From Polyangiales bacterium (lineage in GTDB: Bacteria > Myxococcota_A > Polyangia > Polyangiales > Ga0077539): 64,000 nucleotides of DNA. Each line of letters opens with the position of its first letter. The first letter of the stretch is position 1. Made by a program: the position numbers and the translations under genes. The notes under the pieces are model-generated. The model was not told the DNA's origin. It did no database searches and saw only the letters and a list, made by a program, of their open reading frames with translations. Positions 1-12,278 of the stretch are shown here, in pieces. The stretch lies in the NCBI GenBank assembly GCA_044229975.1, contig JBGARZ010000023.1:88188-152187 (forward strand). Direction: 5' to 3'.

Positions 1-1265
1 CCCGCGGCCGCGAGCGAGAGCCGGCGCGCGCCGTTCTCGACGAAGGTCGTGGAGGCGTCCTCAAGCTCCCCCACCGCGATCGCGATCCCGGCGAGGGACA
101 TGATGTTGATCGACATGCCGACGTGGAACGTCGGGATGAAGGTGAGCAGGACCGCGAGCGGAATGACGACGACGGCGACGAAGGCCGACCGGGCGCTGAA
201 CAGGAAGAAGAGGCAGATGAGCGCGACGATGACGCCCTCCTGGATGAGCGTATTTCTCAGCGTCGCCACGGAGCCGCGAATCAGGTGCGAGCGGTCGTAG
301 GTCGGCACGAGGCGGACGCCCTCGGGCAGGCTCAGCCGCGCGATCTCGGCCTTGATGGCGTCGTTGACCTGGAGGGCGTTGGAGCCGATGCGCATGACGA
401 CGATGCCGCCGACGGCCTCGCCGCGGCCGTCGAAGTCCGCGGCGCCCCGGCGGATCTCCGGGCCGAACTGGACGCGCGCGACGTCGCGCAGCCGGATGGG
501 GTTGCCGCCCGCGCCCACGCTCACGACGCTCGCTTCGAGGTCGGCGAGGGTCCGCACGTACCCGCGGCCGCGCAGGACGTACTCGCGCCCGGCGACCTCC
601 AGCACGCGCGCCCCCACCTCGGAGTTGGCGTCCCGCGCGGCGCGGGTCACGTCGGCCAGTGAGAGTCCGTAGGCGGCGAGGCGGTTCGGATCGAGGACGA
701 TCTGGTACTGGCGCTCGAAGCCGCCGACCGTCGCGACCTCGGCGACGCCGGAGACCGCCTGGAGCGTCGGGCGGATCGTGAAGTCCTGGAGCTCACGGAG
801 CTGCGCGAGGTCGCGTCGCCCGGAGGTGTCCTCGATCACGTATTGGAACACCCAGCCGACGCCGGTCGCGTCGGGTCCGAGGATGGGTGCGACGTCCGGG
901 GGCAGGAGCCGCTGCACGCGCCCGAGCTGCTCGAGGACCCGGGTGCGCGCCCAGTAGATGTCGGTGTCGTCCTCGAAGATCACGTAGATGAAGCTCATCC
1001 CGAACATCGAGTAGCCGCGCACCGTCCGGGCGTGGGGCGTGCTCTGGAGCGCGCGCACGAGGGGGTAGGTGATCTGGTCCTCGACGAGGTCGGGGCTCCG
1101 GCCCATCCAGTCGGTGAACACGATGACCTGCGGATCGGAGAGGTCTGGGATCGCGTCGAGGGGCGTCCGCCTCATGGCGGTGACGGCCCACACGACGAGG
1201 AGGGCCATCACGCCGAAGACGACCCACGGGCGCTTCGCGGACAGCTCGATGATGCGCTCGACCAC
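1..1265 (-). CDS. cusA: CusA/CzcA-family heavy-metal RND efflux permease (5' part; runs off the window start)
   Basis: Manual translation from GTG at 1265: MVERIIELSAKRPW...TPLDAIPDLSDPQVIVFTDWMGRSPDLVEDQITYP...GPDATGVGWVFQY, the CusA-type N-terminus; directly downstream of the adaptor gene. Confidence 0.93.
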   Translation of the reverse strand, partial: MVERIIELSAKRPWVVFGVMALLVVWAVTAMRRTPLDAIPDLSDPQVIVFTDWMGRSPDLVEDQITYPLVRALQSTPHARTVRGYSMFGMSFIYVIFEDDTDIYWARTRVLEQLGRVQRLLPPDVAPILGPDATGVGWVFQYVIEDTSGRRDLAQLRELQDFTIRPTLQAVSGVAEVATVGGFERQYQIVLDPNRLAAYGLSLADVTRAARDANSEVGARVLEVAGREYVLRGRGYVRTLADLEASVVSVGAGGNPIRLRDVARVQFGPEIRRGAADFDGRGEAVGGIVVMRIGSNALQVNDAIKAEIARLSLPEGVRLVPTYDRSHLIRGSVATLRNTLIQEGVIVALICLFFLFSARSAFVAVVVIPLAVLLTFIPTFHVGMSINIMSLAGIAIAVGELEDASTTFVENGARRLSLAAA

Positions 1266-1276
1266 GGCGGCGGCTC

Positions 1277-2608
1277 CTAGTGGCCCGCGTGAGCCGAGCC
1301 CGGCGGTGGGCTCGGAGCGGGCTCGGGACGGGCGCCGCGATCGCTCGGTGTGGCGCCGGCCGCCGGCGGCGTCTGTCCGCCGTGGGCGTGACCCGTGCCG
1401 CCCCCCGAGGCGCGCAGACGGCTCTCCGAGTCGATCAGGAACACCCCCGAAGCAACGATCGACTCCCCTTCGCTCAGCCCCTCGCGCACCTCCACGCGGT
1501 CGTCGAGCCGGGTCCCCAGCGTGACGGCTCGGGGCACGAAGCGCCCGTCACTCCCGACGACGAAGACGTGCTGGGTCTCGCCGGTGTCCACGACGGCGTC
1601 CCGCGGGACCGTCAGCGCCCCGTGAGCGCTCACCTGGAAGTTGGCTTCACCGTAGAGGCCGGGGCGCAGGGAGCCGTCGTCGTTCGGGACCACGAAGCGC
1701 GCGCGCAAGGTCCGCGTGCGTTCGGTGAGGGTGGGGTAGAGGAAGTCGATTCGCGCCTCGAAGGGTGCCCGGCCCGAGGCCGCGAACTCGAGCCGCGCCG
1801 GCGTGTCCCGCTGAATCGCGGGGATGTCGCCTTCGGGGACCTCGGCCAGCACCCAGACGCGGGAGAGGTCCGCGATCGTGAGCAGCTCCGTCGAGGGGTC
1901 CACCGCGGTCCCGACGGCGATCCCGCGGTGGAGCACCACGCCCGTGCGGGGAGCCACCACGGTGACGGTGCGCAGGGGGCGGCCCGTGCTCTCGACCTGG
2001 GCGAGCTCCGCCGCGGTCATCCCGAGCACCGCGAGGCGGCTGCGCGTGGCCGCGAGGAGGCCCTGCGTAGCCGCCGCAGTGGTCGGGTGGGCGAGGTTCT
2101 GGCGCAGCGCGATGAGCTCGTTCTGCGAGGCCAGCAGCTCCTGCGAGAAGATGGCGGCGAGCGGTGCGCCGCGCGTGACGCGCTGCCCGGTGGTGTTGAC
2201 GTAGAGCCGCTCGATCCACCCCGCCACGCGGGTGTGAACGTGCGAGACCCGCGACTCGTCGAGCGCCACCGTCGCGACGGCGCGCACGGGCCGACCGATG
2301 TCCTCCCTCGCGACGCGGGCGACGCGCACGCCGATCGCGTCGAGCTGCCCCCGGGGGACCGCCACCGGCACGCGCCCCGGTACGGTGTGGGCCGCGTGCG
2401 GATCGACGGCCTCGTTCCCGTCGAGGGCGAGTGGCGCGGCGGTGCGCCCTCCGGGCGGATTCGCCGGCGCCATCTCGTGGTGCAGCGAGAAGGGCCAGGC
2501 CCGGCGGAGGTGCTGCGTGATGAGCGACCCCACCATGAGGACGACCACGGCGAGCGTGGCCACCGAGAGCGTGCGCCATCCCCGCGCCACCAGCGGGTGA
2601 GCGATCAT
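1277..2608 (-). CDS. cusB: RND periplasmic adaptor, CusB-like
   Basis: From MIAHPLV: N-terminal TM, VHTRVAGWIERLYV, SQELLASQNEL, IADLSRVWVLAEV, FLYPTL, LRPGLYG, SGVFLIDSESRL; His-containing tail; ATGA overlap with the upstream TolC stop. Confidence 0.9.
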   Translation of the reverse strand: MIAHPLVARGWRTLSVATLAVVVLMVGSLITQHLRRAWPFSLHHEMAPANPPGGRTAAPLALDGNEAVDPHAAHTVPGRVPVAVPRGQLDAIGVRVARVAREDIGRPVRAVATVALDESRVSHVHTRVAGWIERLYVNTTGQRVTRGAPLAAIFSQELLASQNELIALRQNLAHPTTAAATQGLLAATRSRLAVLGMTAAELAQVESTGRPLRTVTVVAPRTGVVLHRGIAVGTAVDPSTELLTIADLSRVWVLAEVPEGDIPAIQRDTPARLEFAASGRAPFEARIDFLYPTLTERTRTLRARFVVPNDDGSLRPGLYGEANFQVSAHGALTVPRDAVVDTGETQHVFVVGSDGRFVPRAVTLGTRLDDRVEVREGLSEGESIVASGVFLIDSESRLRASGGGTGHAHGGQTPPAAGATPSDRGARPEPAPSPPPGSAHAGH

Positions 2609-3894
2609 CGCGGCCCGCCGCCGAAGCGCCCGACGGTGCGCTCCAGCCGTGCGCGGACGACGCCGACATCGACCTCCGCCATCACCCGCTCCTCCTGCGT
2701 CATGCGCAGCGACACGATGGCTTCGATCACCGCGACGAGCGGCGCCTGGCCGGCGGCGTAGGCCGCGATCGTCGCCCGCAGGGTCTGGACCGCCTGCGGC
2801 TCGACCTCGTCGCGCAGGGCGGCCGACCGCACGCGGGCGGCGTCGAGCGAGCCGAGGGCGGCGCGCACCTCGCCTTCGATCATCGTGCGCGCCCCGCGCA
2901 GCTCCGCGTCTGCCATCGTCCCCATGGCGCGGGCCTCGGCGACGCCCGCCGCGAGCCGCGCGCGCCAGATCGGAACGGTCACCCCCACCATCACCATCAC
3001 CCCCGGGCCGTCGCTCATGGTGGTCGAGGCCCCCGCGCGCACGAAGGCCATCGGCGCGTACATCGCGCGCATCGCCTCGACCTCCGAGCCGTACTGGCGC
3101 CGCGAGGCCTCGACCGACGCGAGCTCGGGCCGCGAGCGCAGGGCCTCGGCGACCAGCGCCTCCGCGGCCGCCGGGGGCTCGTCGGCCGCGGCGGCGAGCT
3201 CCGGCACCGGGAGGTCGCCCGCGCGGCCGAGGGCGGCGTTGAGCATCGCCTCGGCGGCGACCGTCTGGCCCCGCAGCGCGGCCCGCCGGGTGGCCTGCCG
3301 GCGCGTCTCCGTGTCGGCGCGCAGGACGTCCGACTGCGGCGCCGCGCCAGCGGCGTAGCGCGCGGTGGCGATGCGGGTGAGGTCCCCGGCGAGCGCGACC
3401 TGGGCGTCGAGCACCGCGGCCATCCGACGCAGGCCCGCGAGCATGTGGAAGGCCCGGAGCGCCTCCGCCGTCACGTCGAGCACGGTCTCGCCCGCCCGCA
3501 GGCGTCGCGCGTCGGCGGCGGACTGGGCCGCGCGCCGACGGGCGCCCAGGACGCCGGAGAGCGGGAACTCCTGCTGCACCATCACGCTCCCGTCGAAGCC
3601 CATGCCGGAGAAGGGGATGTGGTCCGCCGACACCATCACCATGGGGTCGGGCAGCGATCCGACGATGGCCGGTCGCTGTCCGAGCGCCCGCGCCTCGGCC
3701 AGCGCGGCCGTGATCTCCGCCCGGTGCGCGCCCGCGTATTGGACCACGCCGACGACATCGAGCGGGCTCGGCAGCGTGTCGCGAGGCTGGCCGTGGGCGC
3801 CCTCCGTCGCGAGGAGCGTGATCACCGCGGCGATGAGTCCGGCCCACGCCGTCGCGACGCGCCGATCACGGGCGCCTTGAGGTTGGCCATTCAC
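2605..3894 (-). CDS. TolC-family outer-membrane efflux protein (CusC-like)
   Basis: Signal peptide, LPDPMV and QQEFPLSG motifs, RYAAGAAPQSDVLRA, VTVPIW; GGAGG RBS before GTG 3894; first gene of the CBA operon. Confidence 0.85.
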   Translation of the reverse strand: MNGQPQGARDRRVATAWAGLIAAVITLLATEGAHGQPRDTLPSPLDVVGVVQYAGAHRAEITAALAEARALGQRPAIVGSLPDPMVMVSADHIPFSGMGFDGSVMVQQEFPLSGVLGARRRAAQSAADARRLRAGETVLDVTAEALRAFHMLAGLRRMAAVLDAQVALAGDLTRIATARYAAGAAPQSDVLRADTETRRQATRRAALRGQTVAAEAMLNAALGRAGDLPVPELAAAADEPPAAAEALVAEALRSRPELASVEASRRQYGSEVEAMRAMYAPMAFVRAGASTTMSDGPGVMVMVGVTVPIWRARLAAGVAEARAMGTMADAELRGARTMIEGEVRAALGSLDAARVRSAALRDEVEPQAVQTLRATIAAYAAGQAPLVAVIEAIVSLRMTQEERVMAEVDVGVVRARLERTVGRFGGGPR

Positions 3895-4244
3895 GGGAGA
3901 TCCTCCCTCGAGCGTTCGATGGGGATCACTCCCCCGCGTTGCGCCGATGACGTCCCCTTGAGCAACCCACGCGCCACGTCCATGGGCGCGGAGGAATCGG
4001 TGGAACTTCGCCTGCCCGGAACTCGATCTCGGTGTCCGGCGCACAAGCTGCGCTCGGGCGAACGGATTGCACCATCGACGACCGCCGGACGTCCGCTCGG
4101 GCGCGGGGCGGAGATTCGCGCGGTGTAATGCCGATGGCACTGGTCCGTCTGCGGCTCCAGAGACGGAAGCCGGTGACAGATCGCAGCGACGGGGCACGCC
4201 GCCTGCTCTGCGGACTGCCGGGCGACCGCCCCGCGAGGCACTCC

Positions 4245-6623
<2,379 letters not shown>

Positions 6624-6709
6624 GGTCGATGCGGCTGTAAGGCACCGAGGGGGCCTGCGTCTGCCTTGATGCGAGCCAAAGCAACGCGGCCCGCAGGAGC
6701 GACGAAACC

Positions 6710-6934
6710 ATGAACTCCAACGAGACCCTGCTCGACGTCCGCGGCATGAACTGCGGCTCGTGCGTCCGCCACATTTCCCAGGCACTCGACGCGCTCGACG
6801 GCGTCGAGGAGGTCCACCCCTCGCTGCCCGACAAGACCGTCCGCGTCCGGCACGACCCGGCGCGGGTGAGCGCCGAGCAGCTCGCCGGCGCGCTGACCGC
6901 GAAGGGCTACCCCGCCGCCGCGCGCGCCGCGTGA
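6710..6934 (+). CDS. copZ: Copper chaperone (HMA domain)
   Basis: GMNCGSC motif in a 74-aa HMA fold; AGGAG RBS. Confidence 0.9.
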   Translation: MNSNETLLDVRGMNCGSCVRHISQALDALDGVEEVHPSLPDKTVRVRHDPARVSAEQLAGALTAKGYPAAARAA

Positions 6935-7036
6935 ATCGACCCCGGCCGGGTCACAGGTCGGCCGCGCAGCCGTAGAGCCTGAGCCCGCTTCGGCTGTAAT
7001 CCCCACCCACCACGCGCGTCTGCCGCGACGAAGCCC

Positions 7037-7297
7037 ATGAACCTCCTGATCCCACGCGTTCTCATCCTGGTCAGTGCGACCGCCCTCCCGCTCGGGTGCG
7101 GGGGCCGCGAGGTCCCTGTGCGCTTCGCCGAGCAGTCGGCGCTCTCCTCGGGCGCGCGCGAGGCGCCGGTTGGCGACCCCACGGTGGCCCTCACGGGCGA
7201 CCCGCCCCTCCCGGGCGAGCCCACCGGGGCCTGGACCGGCCTCGCCGCGGACGCGGGTGCTCCCCCGACCGGAGGAGGCCACGTCCATGCGCACTGA
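7037..7297 (+). CDS. Small lipoprotein with His tail
   Basis: Lipobox-like PLGC, C-terminal HVHAH; overlaps the next start codon. Confidence 0.65.
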   Translation: MNLLIPRVLILVSATALPLGCGGREVPVRFAEQSALSSGAREAPVGDPTVALTGDPPLPGEPTGAWTGLAADAGAPPTGGGHVHAH

Positions 7298-8705
7298 GCG
7301 CCTCCTGCCGGCCGCGCTAGCGCTGCTGCTGCCGCTCACCGGATGCGCGACGACGTCGTTCTCGTCCGACCTGCGGCGCGTCGAGCAGCTCTCCGGCGCG
7401 TCCATCCCCCTACGCGTCGCGGACGGCCCCCCCGAGGATCACGACCCGGCCGTCACGCGGGAGGTCCTCGCCCGCCCGCTCACGGCCGACGCCGCGGTGG
7501 GGATCGCGTTACGCAACAACCGCCACCTGCGCGCGTCGCTGCGGGACCTCGGCGTGGCGCGCGGCTGGCTCGCCCAGGCCGGCACGCTCCCCAACCCGGC
7601 GGTCGAGTTCGACGTGCGCTACCAGACCGACCGCTCGCAGCCCCTGCAGGGCGACGTGCGCCTGGAGTTCGGGCTGACGCGGGCGATCCTCACGACGCAG
7701 CGGGCGGGCCTCGCCCGGGCGGAGCTGGAGACGGCGCAGGCGCGCGTCGCGGGGACGGTGCTGGAGACGGGCTACGCGGTGCGCGCGGCCTTCTACGCGG
7801 TGCAGGCCTCCGAGGAGCGGCTCGCGACCGCCCAGCAGGCGCTGGACGCCTTCGCGGCCGCGCGCGACGCCGCCCGCGCGCTCCACGCGGCGGGCAACCT
7901 CCGGGCCCTCGACTTCTCGGTGCAGGAGGCGGCCTACGAAACCGCGCGCGTCACGGTGGCGGAGATCGAGCTGGAGCGCTTCGACCGCCGCGAGCGTCTG
8001 CAGCGCCTGCTCGGGCTCCACGGCGACGCCACCGAGTGGACCCTCGCGGAGGGCTTACCCCCCGCGCCCGAGGCCCTCTCGCTGGAGGCGATGACCGAGA
8101 CGCGCGCCCTCGAGGCCAGCCTCGACCTCGCGGCCCAGCGCGCCAACCTCCAGGCCCTCGCCCGGCGCGTCGGCCTCAGCCGGGCCGAGGGGTGGCTGCC
8201 CGACATCACGGTGGACGCGCACGCCGAACAGGACGGCAACTCCGTGGAGGTCGGCGGCGGGGCGCGCGTCACGCTCCCGATCTTCGACCAGCGGCGGGGC
8301 GCCACAGCCGCCTATGGGGCGCAGTTCGACGCCGCGCTCGAGCGCTACTACGCGAGCGCCGTGGACCTGCGCTCGGCCCTGCGCGAGACCCGCAACCGCC
8401 TGCGCTCCGCGCACGCCCGCGCGCGGCAGTACGACGCCGTGATCGTGCCGGCGCGCGAGCGCGTGCTGCGCGAGACGCTGCTCCAGTACAACGCGATGCA
8501 GGTCTCGGTGTTCCAGCTGCTCCAGGCCCGGCGCGAGCTCCTGGACGCCACGCTCCGGCGCGCCGAGGTCCGCCGAGAGTTCTGGAGCGCCACCGCGGGC
8601 ACCACCACCCTCTTCGCGGGGCGCCAGGTGGGCGCGTCCGACGGCACCGAATCCATGTCCGCCGCGTCGATGGACGCGTCGGGCGCATCCGCAGGAGGTC
8701 ACTGA
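7287..8705 (+). CDS. TolC-family outer-membrane protein (copper-oxidase associated)
   Basis: Lipobox LTGC; LPNPAV, TLPIFDQ and LQYNAMQVSVFQLL motifs; GGAGG RBS. Confidence 0.85.
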   Translation: MRTERLLPAALALLLPLTGCATTSFSSDLRRVEQLSGASIPLRVADGPPEDHDPAVTREVLARPLTADAAVGIALRNNRHLRASLRDLGVARGWLAQAGTLPNPAVEFDVRYQTDRSQPLQGDVRLEFGLTRAILTTQRAGLARAELETAQARVAGTVLETGYAVRAAFYAVQASEERLATAQQALDAFAAARDAARALHAAGNLRALDFSVQEAAYETARVTVAEIELERFDRRERLQRLLGLHGDATEWTLAEGLPPAPEALSLEAMTETRALEASLDLAAQRANLQALARRVGLSRAEGWLPDITVDAHAEQDGNSVEVGGGARVTLPIFDQRRGATAAYGAQFDAALERYYASAVDLRSALRETRNRLRSAHARARQYDAVIVPARERVLRETLLQYNAMQVSVFQLLQARRELLDATLRRAEVRREFWSATAGTTTLFAGRQVGASDGTESMSAASMDASGASAGGH

Positions 8706-8709
8706 AGCC

Positions 8710-10083
8710 ATGGACCGACGATCCTTTCTCCATGCCAGCAGCGCGGCGACGGCGCTCGGGTTGATGACCCGCGCGGAGCGGGCCGAGGCGCAGACCCACG
8801 AGGGCCACGGCGCGCCCGGGGGCCCGACGCAGGGACAGACGGCGGGGCAGACGCCACCCCCGCCAGCGACCTCCGCCGCGATCGTGCGCCGCTTCCCTGC
8901 CGGGCAGCCTGGGGTGACGGTGCCCAACGGGGGCACGCTGCCGCTGCGCGTGGTCGATGGGGTGAAGGTCGGCCACCTCGTGGTCGAGTCCTTCCCCAAC
9001 GAGTTCAGCCCCGACCTCACCGCGGAGGTGTGGGGCTACAACGGCACGACGCCGGGGCCGGTGATCGAGCTCGTCGAGGGCGACCGGCTGCGGATGTACG
9101 TCACCAACCGGCTGCCCGAGCCGACCACGGTGCATTGGCACGGCATCGTCCTGCCCAACGGGATGGACGGCGTCAGCGGCCTGAACCAGCGCCCGATCCC
9201 GCCGGGCGAGACGTGGGTGTACGAGTTCACGCTCCGCCACCCCGGCACGTTCATGTACCACTCGCACTTCGACGAGATGACGCAGATCGCGCTCGGCGCA
9301 GTGGGCATGATCGTCGTGCATCCGCGCCAGGCGAGGGGCCCGCGGGTCGATCGCGACTTCGTGCTCATGGCGCACGAGTGGAAGATCGAGGCGGGCGCCC
9401 GGCGGCCCGACCCCAACGCCATGAACGACTTCAACGTCCTCACCTTCAACGGCAAGGCGTTCCCGAGCACCGCGCCGCTGCTGGTGGGCAAGGGCGAGCG
9501 GGTGCGCATCCGCCTGGGCAACCTCGGCCCCATGGACCACCACCCGATCCACATCCACGGCCTGTGGTTCCACGTCACGGCGACGGACGGCGGCTACGTG
9601 CCCGCGAGCGCGCAGCGGCCCGAGACGACGGTGCTGGTGCCCGTCGGGGCCACGCGGGTGATCGAGTTCGTGCCGCCCGAGTCGGGCGACTGGGCGATGC
9701 ACTGCCACATGACCCACCACGTTATGATGCAGATGGCCCACGGCCTGCCGAACATGGTCGGCATGGACCCGCGCGTGCTGGAGCGCCGCATGAGCCGCTC
9801 GATGCCGGAGTACATGACCATGGGCCACCGGGGCATGGGCGGCATGGGTGAGATGCGGATGGAGATCCCGCCCAACAGCGCGCCGATGCGCGGGGGCCCC
9901 GGGCCCCACGCGTACATCGACATGGGCGGGATGTTCACCGTGCTCAAGGTGCGCGACGACGTGGCGACGGCCGACCCCGCGGGGTGGTACCAGGCGCCCG
10001 CCGGGACGGTGCCCACGGTGGCCGACGAGGCGCGGCTGCGCGCCGATGGGATCGACGTGGCGCGGACCTGGCGGCGCGGCTGA
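8710..10083 (+). CDS. Tat-exported multicopper oxidase, Met-rich
   Basis: MDRRSFL Tat motif; HWHG, YHSH, HPIHIHG, HCHMTHH copper motifs. Confidence 0.92.
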   Translation: MDRRSFLHASSAATALGLMTRAERAEAQTHEGHGAPGGPTQGQTAGQTPPPPATSAAIVRRFPAGQPGVTVPNGGTLPLRVVDGVKVGHLVVESFPNEFSPDLTAEVWGYNGTTPGPVIELVEGDRLRMYVTNRLPEPTTVHWHGIVLPNGMDGVSGLNQRPIPPGETWVYEFTLRHPGTFMYHSHFDEMTQIALGAVGMIVVHPRQARGPRVDRDFVLMAHEWKIEAGARRPDPNAMNDFNVLTFNGKAFPSTAPLLVGKGERVRIRLGNLGPMDHHPIHIHGLWFHVTATDGGYVPASAQRPETTVLVPVGATRVIEFVPPESGDWAMHCHMTHHVMMQMAHGLPNMVGMDPRVLERRMSRSMPEYMTMGHRGMGGMGEMRMEIPPNSAPMRGGPGPHAYIDMGGMFTVLKVRDDVATADPAGWYQAPAGTVPTVADEARLRADGIDVARTWRRG

Positions 10084-10156
10084 GCGGGGCGGCGGGCCGG
10101 TGAAGAGCTGCAGGCCCTGACGGCGCCGCGTCAGGGCCGCGCTGGGAGGGGATCCG

Positions 10157-10729
10157 TCAGGGCAGGACGCGCACGACGCCGGCCATCCCGACGTGCCCGT
10201 GGGTGTTGCAATGGAACGGGTAGAAGCCGGCGCCCGCGAACGTCACCGTGTAGGTGTCCCCGGCACGCTGCGCCTCGATGGGGCTGGGGCTAGTGGCGCC
10301 CGCGCTCGACCCGTGCGGGACGCCGGGGTTCAACGGGTGGGTGGTGAGGCTCATGGCGAAGGTCACCGATTGGCCCGCGCGGATGGTGAGGCAGCGCGGG
10401 GTGTAGCCCGTGGTGCCGCGCGGCACCACGGTGCGCTCGGCGGCGTCGGCGGAGCGGTCCACGTAGGCCGAGGCCGCGCAGTCGTTGAGCAGGGGCACCA
10501 TGGCGGGTGCGTCCGCCGCCGTACCGGCGTCGGTCCCGGCGTCCTGCTCGGCCGGTGCGACGTCGGCGACGGGCGGTTGGTCGGTCGCGGGGCCGACGTC
10601 CGTCGTCCCGACGTCGGCCGCATCGTGGCCGTCGTGGGCGGACGCGTCGCCGGTCGCGTCGTGGGCCATGTCACCGCAGCCGACAAGCAAAGCAAGCAGT
10701 GGGAGAACGATGGTCAGACGGGCGTGCAT
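10157..10729 (-). CDS. Cupredoxin (plastocyanin/azurin-like) lipoprotein
   Basis: Lipobox LVGC; THP and FHCNTHGHVGMAGVV type-1 copper ligands. Confidence 0.85.
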   Translation of the reverse strand: MHARLTIVLPLLALLVGCGDMAHDATGDASAHDGHDAADVGTTDVGPATDQPPVADVAPAEQDAGTDAGTAADAPAMVPLLNDCAASAYVDRSADAAERTVVPRGTTGYTPRCLTIRAGQSVTFAMSLTTHPLNPGVPHGSSAGATSPSPIEAQRAGDTYTVTFAGAGFYPFHCNTHGHVGMAGVVRVLP

Positions 10730-10764
10730 CGGTGGGGTCCTTCCGGGTCACAGAGGGGCGTGGC

Positions 10765-12189
10765 TCAGGGCTCCACGCGCACGGTGGCCATCATCCCGTG
10801 CTCGATATGCTCGAGGATGTGGCAGTGGTACATCCAGTGGCCGGGGCGCTCGTCGGGGCGGAACGCGATGCGCACGCGCTCCTTGCCCCGGAGCTGGATC
10901 GTGTCCTCCCACGACCGCTCGCCCTCGGGGGCGCCGTCGCGCGAGACCACCTGGAAGAAGAACCCGTGCAGGTGGAAGGGGTGCTCCATCTCGCTCGCGT
11001 TGACGAGGTCCCAGACCTCGGTGACGCCGACGCGCGCGACGACGTCGGGCACGTCGGGGTAGGACGCGTCGTTGATGGTGAAGACGACCCGCTCCGCGTC
11101 GCGGTCGATGTGCTCGTTGAAGGTCACGGTGCGCGGCGCGACGCCCGCCGTGGCCAGCGGCTCGACCCGCGGGCTGGGCGCGGGCGTGGCGAGCGCCGGC
11201 AGCGCCGGGTCGGGCGCGTAGCGGAGCCGTAGGATGTCCGACGCCTCGGTGAGGCCGGCGCCGTGGCCGCGGGCGTAGGGGAGGTTCTGGAGGACGGCCG
11301 TCGCACCCGGGTCGCCGGTACCGTCCACCAGGACGTCGAGGCGGTCCCCAGGCACCAGGAAGAGCTCGTCGGAGGCGCGCGGCGTCTCGACGGGACCACC
11401 GTCGGTGCCCACCACGGTGAAGCGGTGTCCCGGCAGGGCGAGGCGGTAGAAGCGTGCGCTGCCCGCGTTGACCACGCGCCACCGCTGCCGCTGGCCCGCA
11501 CGGATGGGGAGTTCCGCGCCCGCGCGGCCGTTGACCAGGGCGACGGCCCCCTCGCGGCCGGTGTGCTGCTCGACGAGGTCCCCGGTCGGCGCGATCTGGC
11601 CGTCGGCGCCGAGCAGCAGGTCGTCGAGCACCAGCACGCCCTCGGCGTCGGCGCGCGGCTCGCGGTCGCCCCGCACCACGATCGCGCCGTAGAGGCCGCG
11701 CTCCATCTGCACGCTCTCAGTGACGTGCGGGTGGTACCAGAAGGTCCCCGCGTCGGGCACGGTGAAGCGGTACTCGAAGGAGGCTCCCGGGGCGACAGGC
11801 GGCTGCGAATGGGGGCTTCCGTCCATGGAAGCGGGTACCCGCACGCCGTGCCAGTGGATGGTCGTGGGCTGGTCGAGGCGGTTGGTGAAATGCACGACCA
11901 CCGTGTCGCCCGCGCGGGCCTCGATCGTCGGCCCCGGCACCGACCCGTTGTAGGTCATCGCCCGGACGCGACGACCCGGCGCGTACTCCCACTCGCCGAA
12001 GCGCGCCTCAAGGTCGATCTCGACGACGCGGGGATCGGGGTTGCGATCGACGGCGGGGGCGACCCGGAGCACCGAGGCCCAAGGGTCCGGGCCGGTGCGC
12101 GGGGTGGCCGACGTCGGGGGCGCGTCGCCGCAACCGCCGACGAGGAGCGCGGCAGAGAGGCTACAGAGGAGGTGTCGGTTGGACGGCAT
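10765..12189 (-). CDS. Multicopper oxidase lipoprotein (three-domain)
   Basis: Lipobox VGGC; HWHG, WYHPH, HPFHLHG, HCHILEHIEHGMM. Confidence 0.93.
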   Translation of the reverse strand: MPSNRHLLCSLSAALLVGGCGDAPPTSATPRTGPDPWASVLRVAPAVDRNPDPRVVEIDLEARFGEWEYAPGRRVRAMTYNGSVPGPTIEARAGDTVVVHFTNRLDQPTTIHWHGVRVPASMDGSPHSQPPVAPGASFEYRFTVPDAGTFWYHPHVTESVQMERGLYGAIVVRGDREPRADAEGVLVLDDLLLGADGQIAPTGDLVEQHTGREGAVALVNGRAGAELPIRAGQRQRWRVVNAGSARFYRLALPGHRFTVVGTDGGPVETPRASDELFLVPGDRLDVLVDGTGDPGATAVLQNLPYARGHGAGLTEASDILRLRYAPDPALPALATPAPSPRVEPLATAGVAPRTVTFNEHIDRDAERVVFTINDASYPDVPDVVARVGVTEVWDLVNASEMEHPFHLHGFFFQVVSRDGAPEGERSWEDTIQLRGKERVRIAFRPDERPGHWMYHCHILEHIEHGMMATVRVEP

Positions 12190-12278
12190 GATCACCTACG
12201 GGGGCTGAGGAGCGGGGCACGCGAGCAGGCACCGACCGGCCTTCTAGTCGCCCGAACCGAAGGTGTGACCGAGGAACC

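Noticed and set aside
2609..3847. Apparent long N-terminal extension of CusB (856-aa ORF)
   Set aside because: Overlaps the TolC gene in another frame; the ATG at 2608 with ATGA coupling is the plausible start
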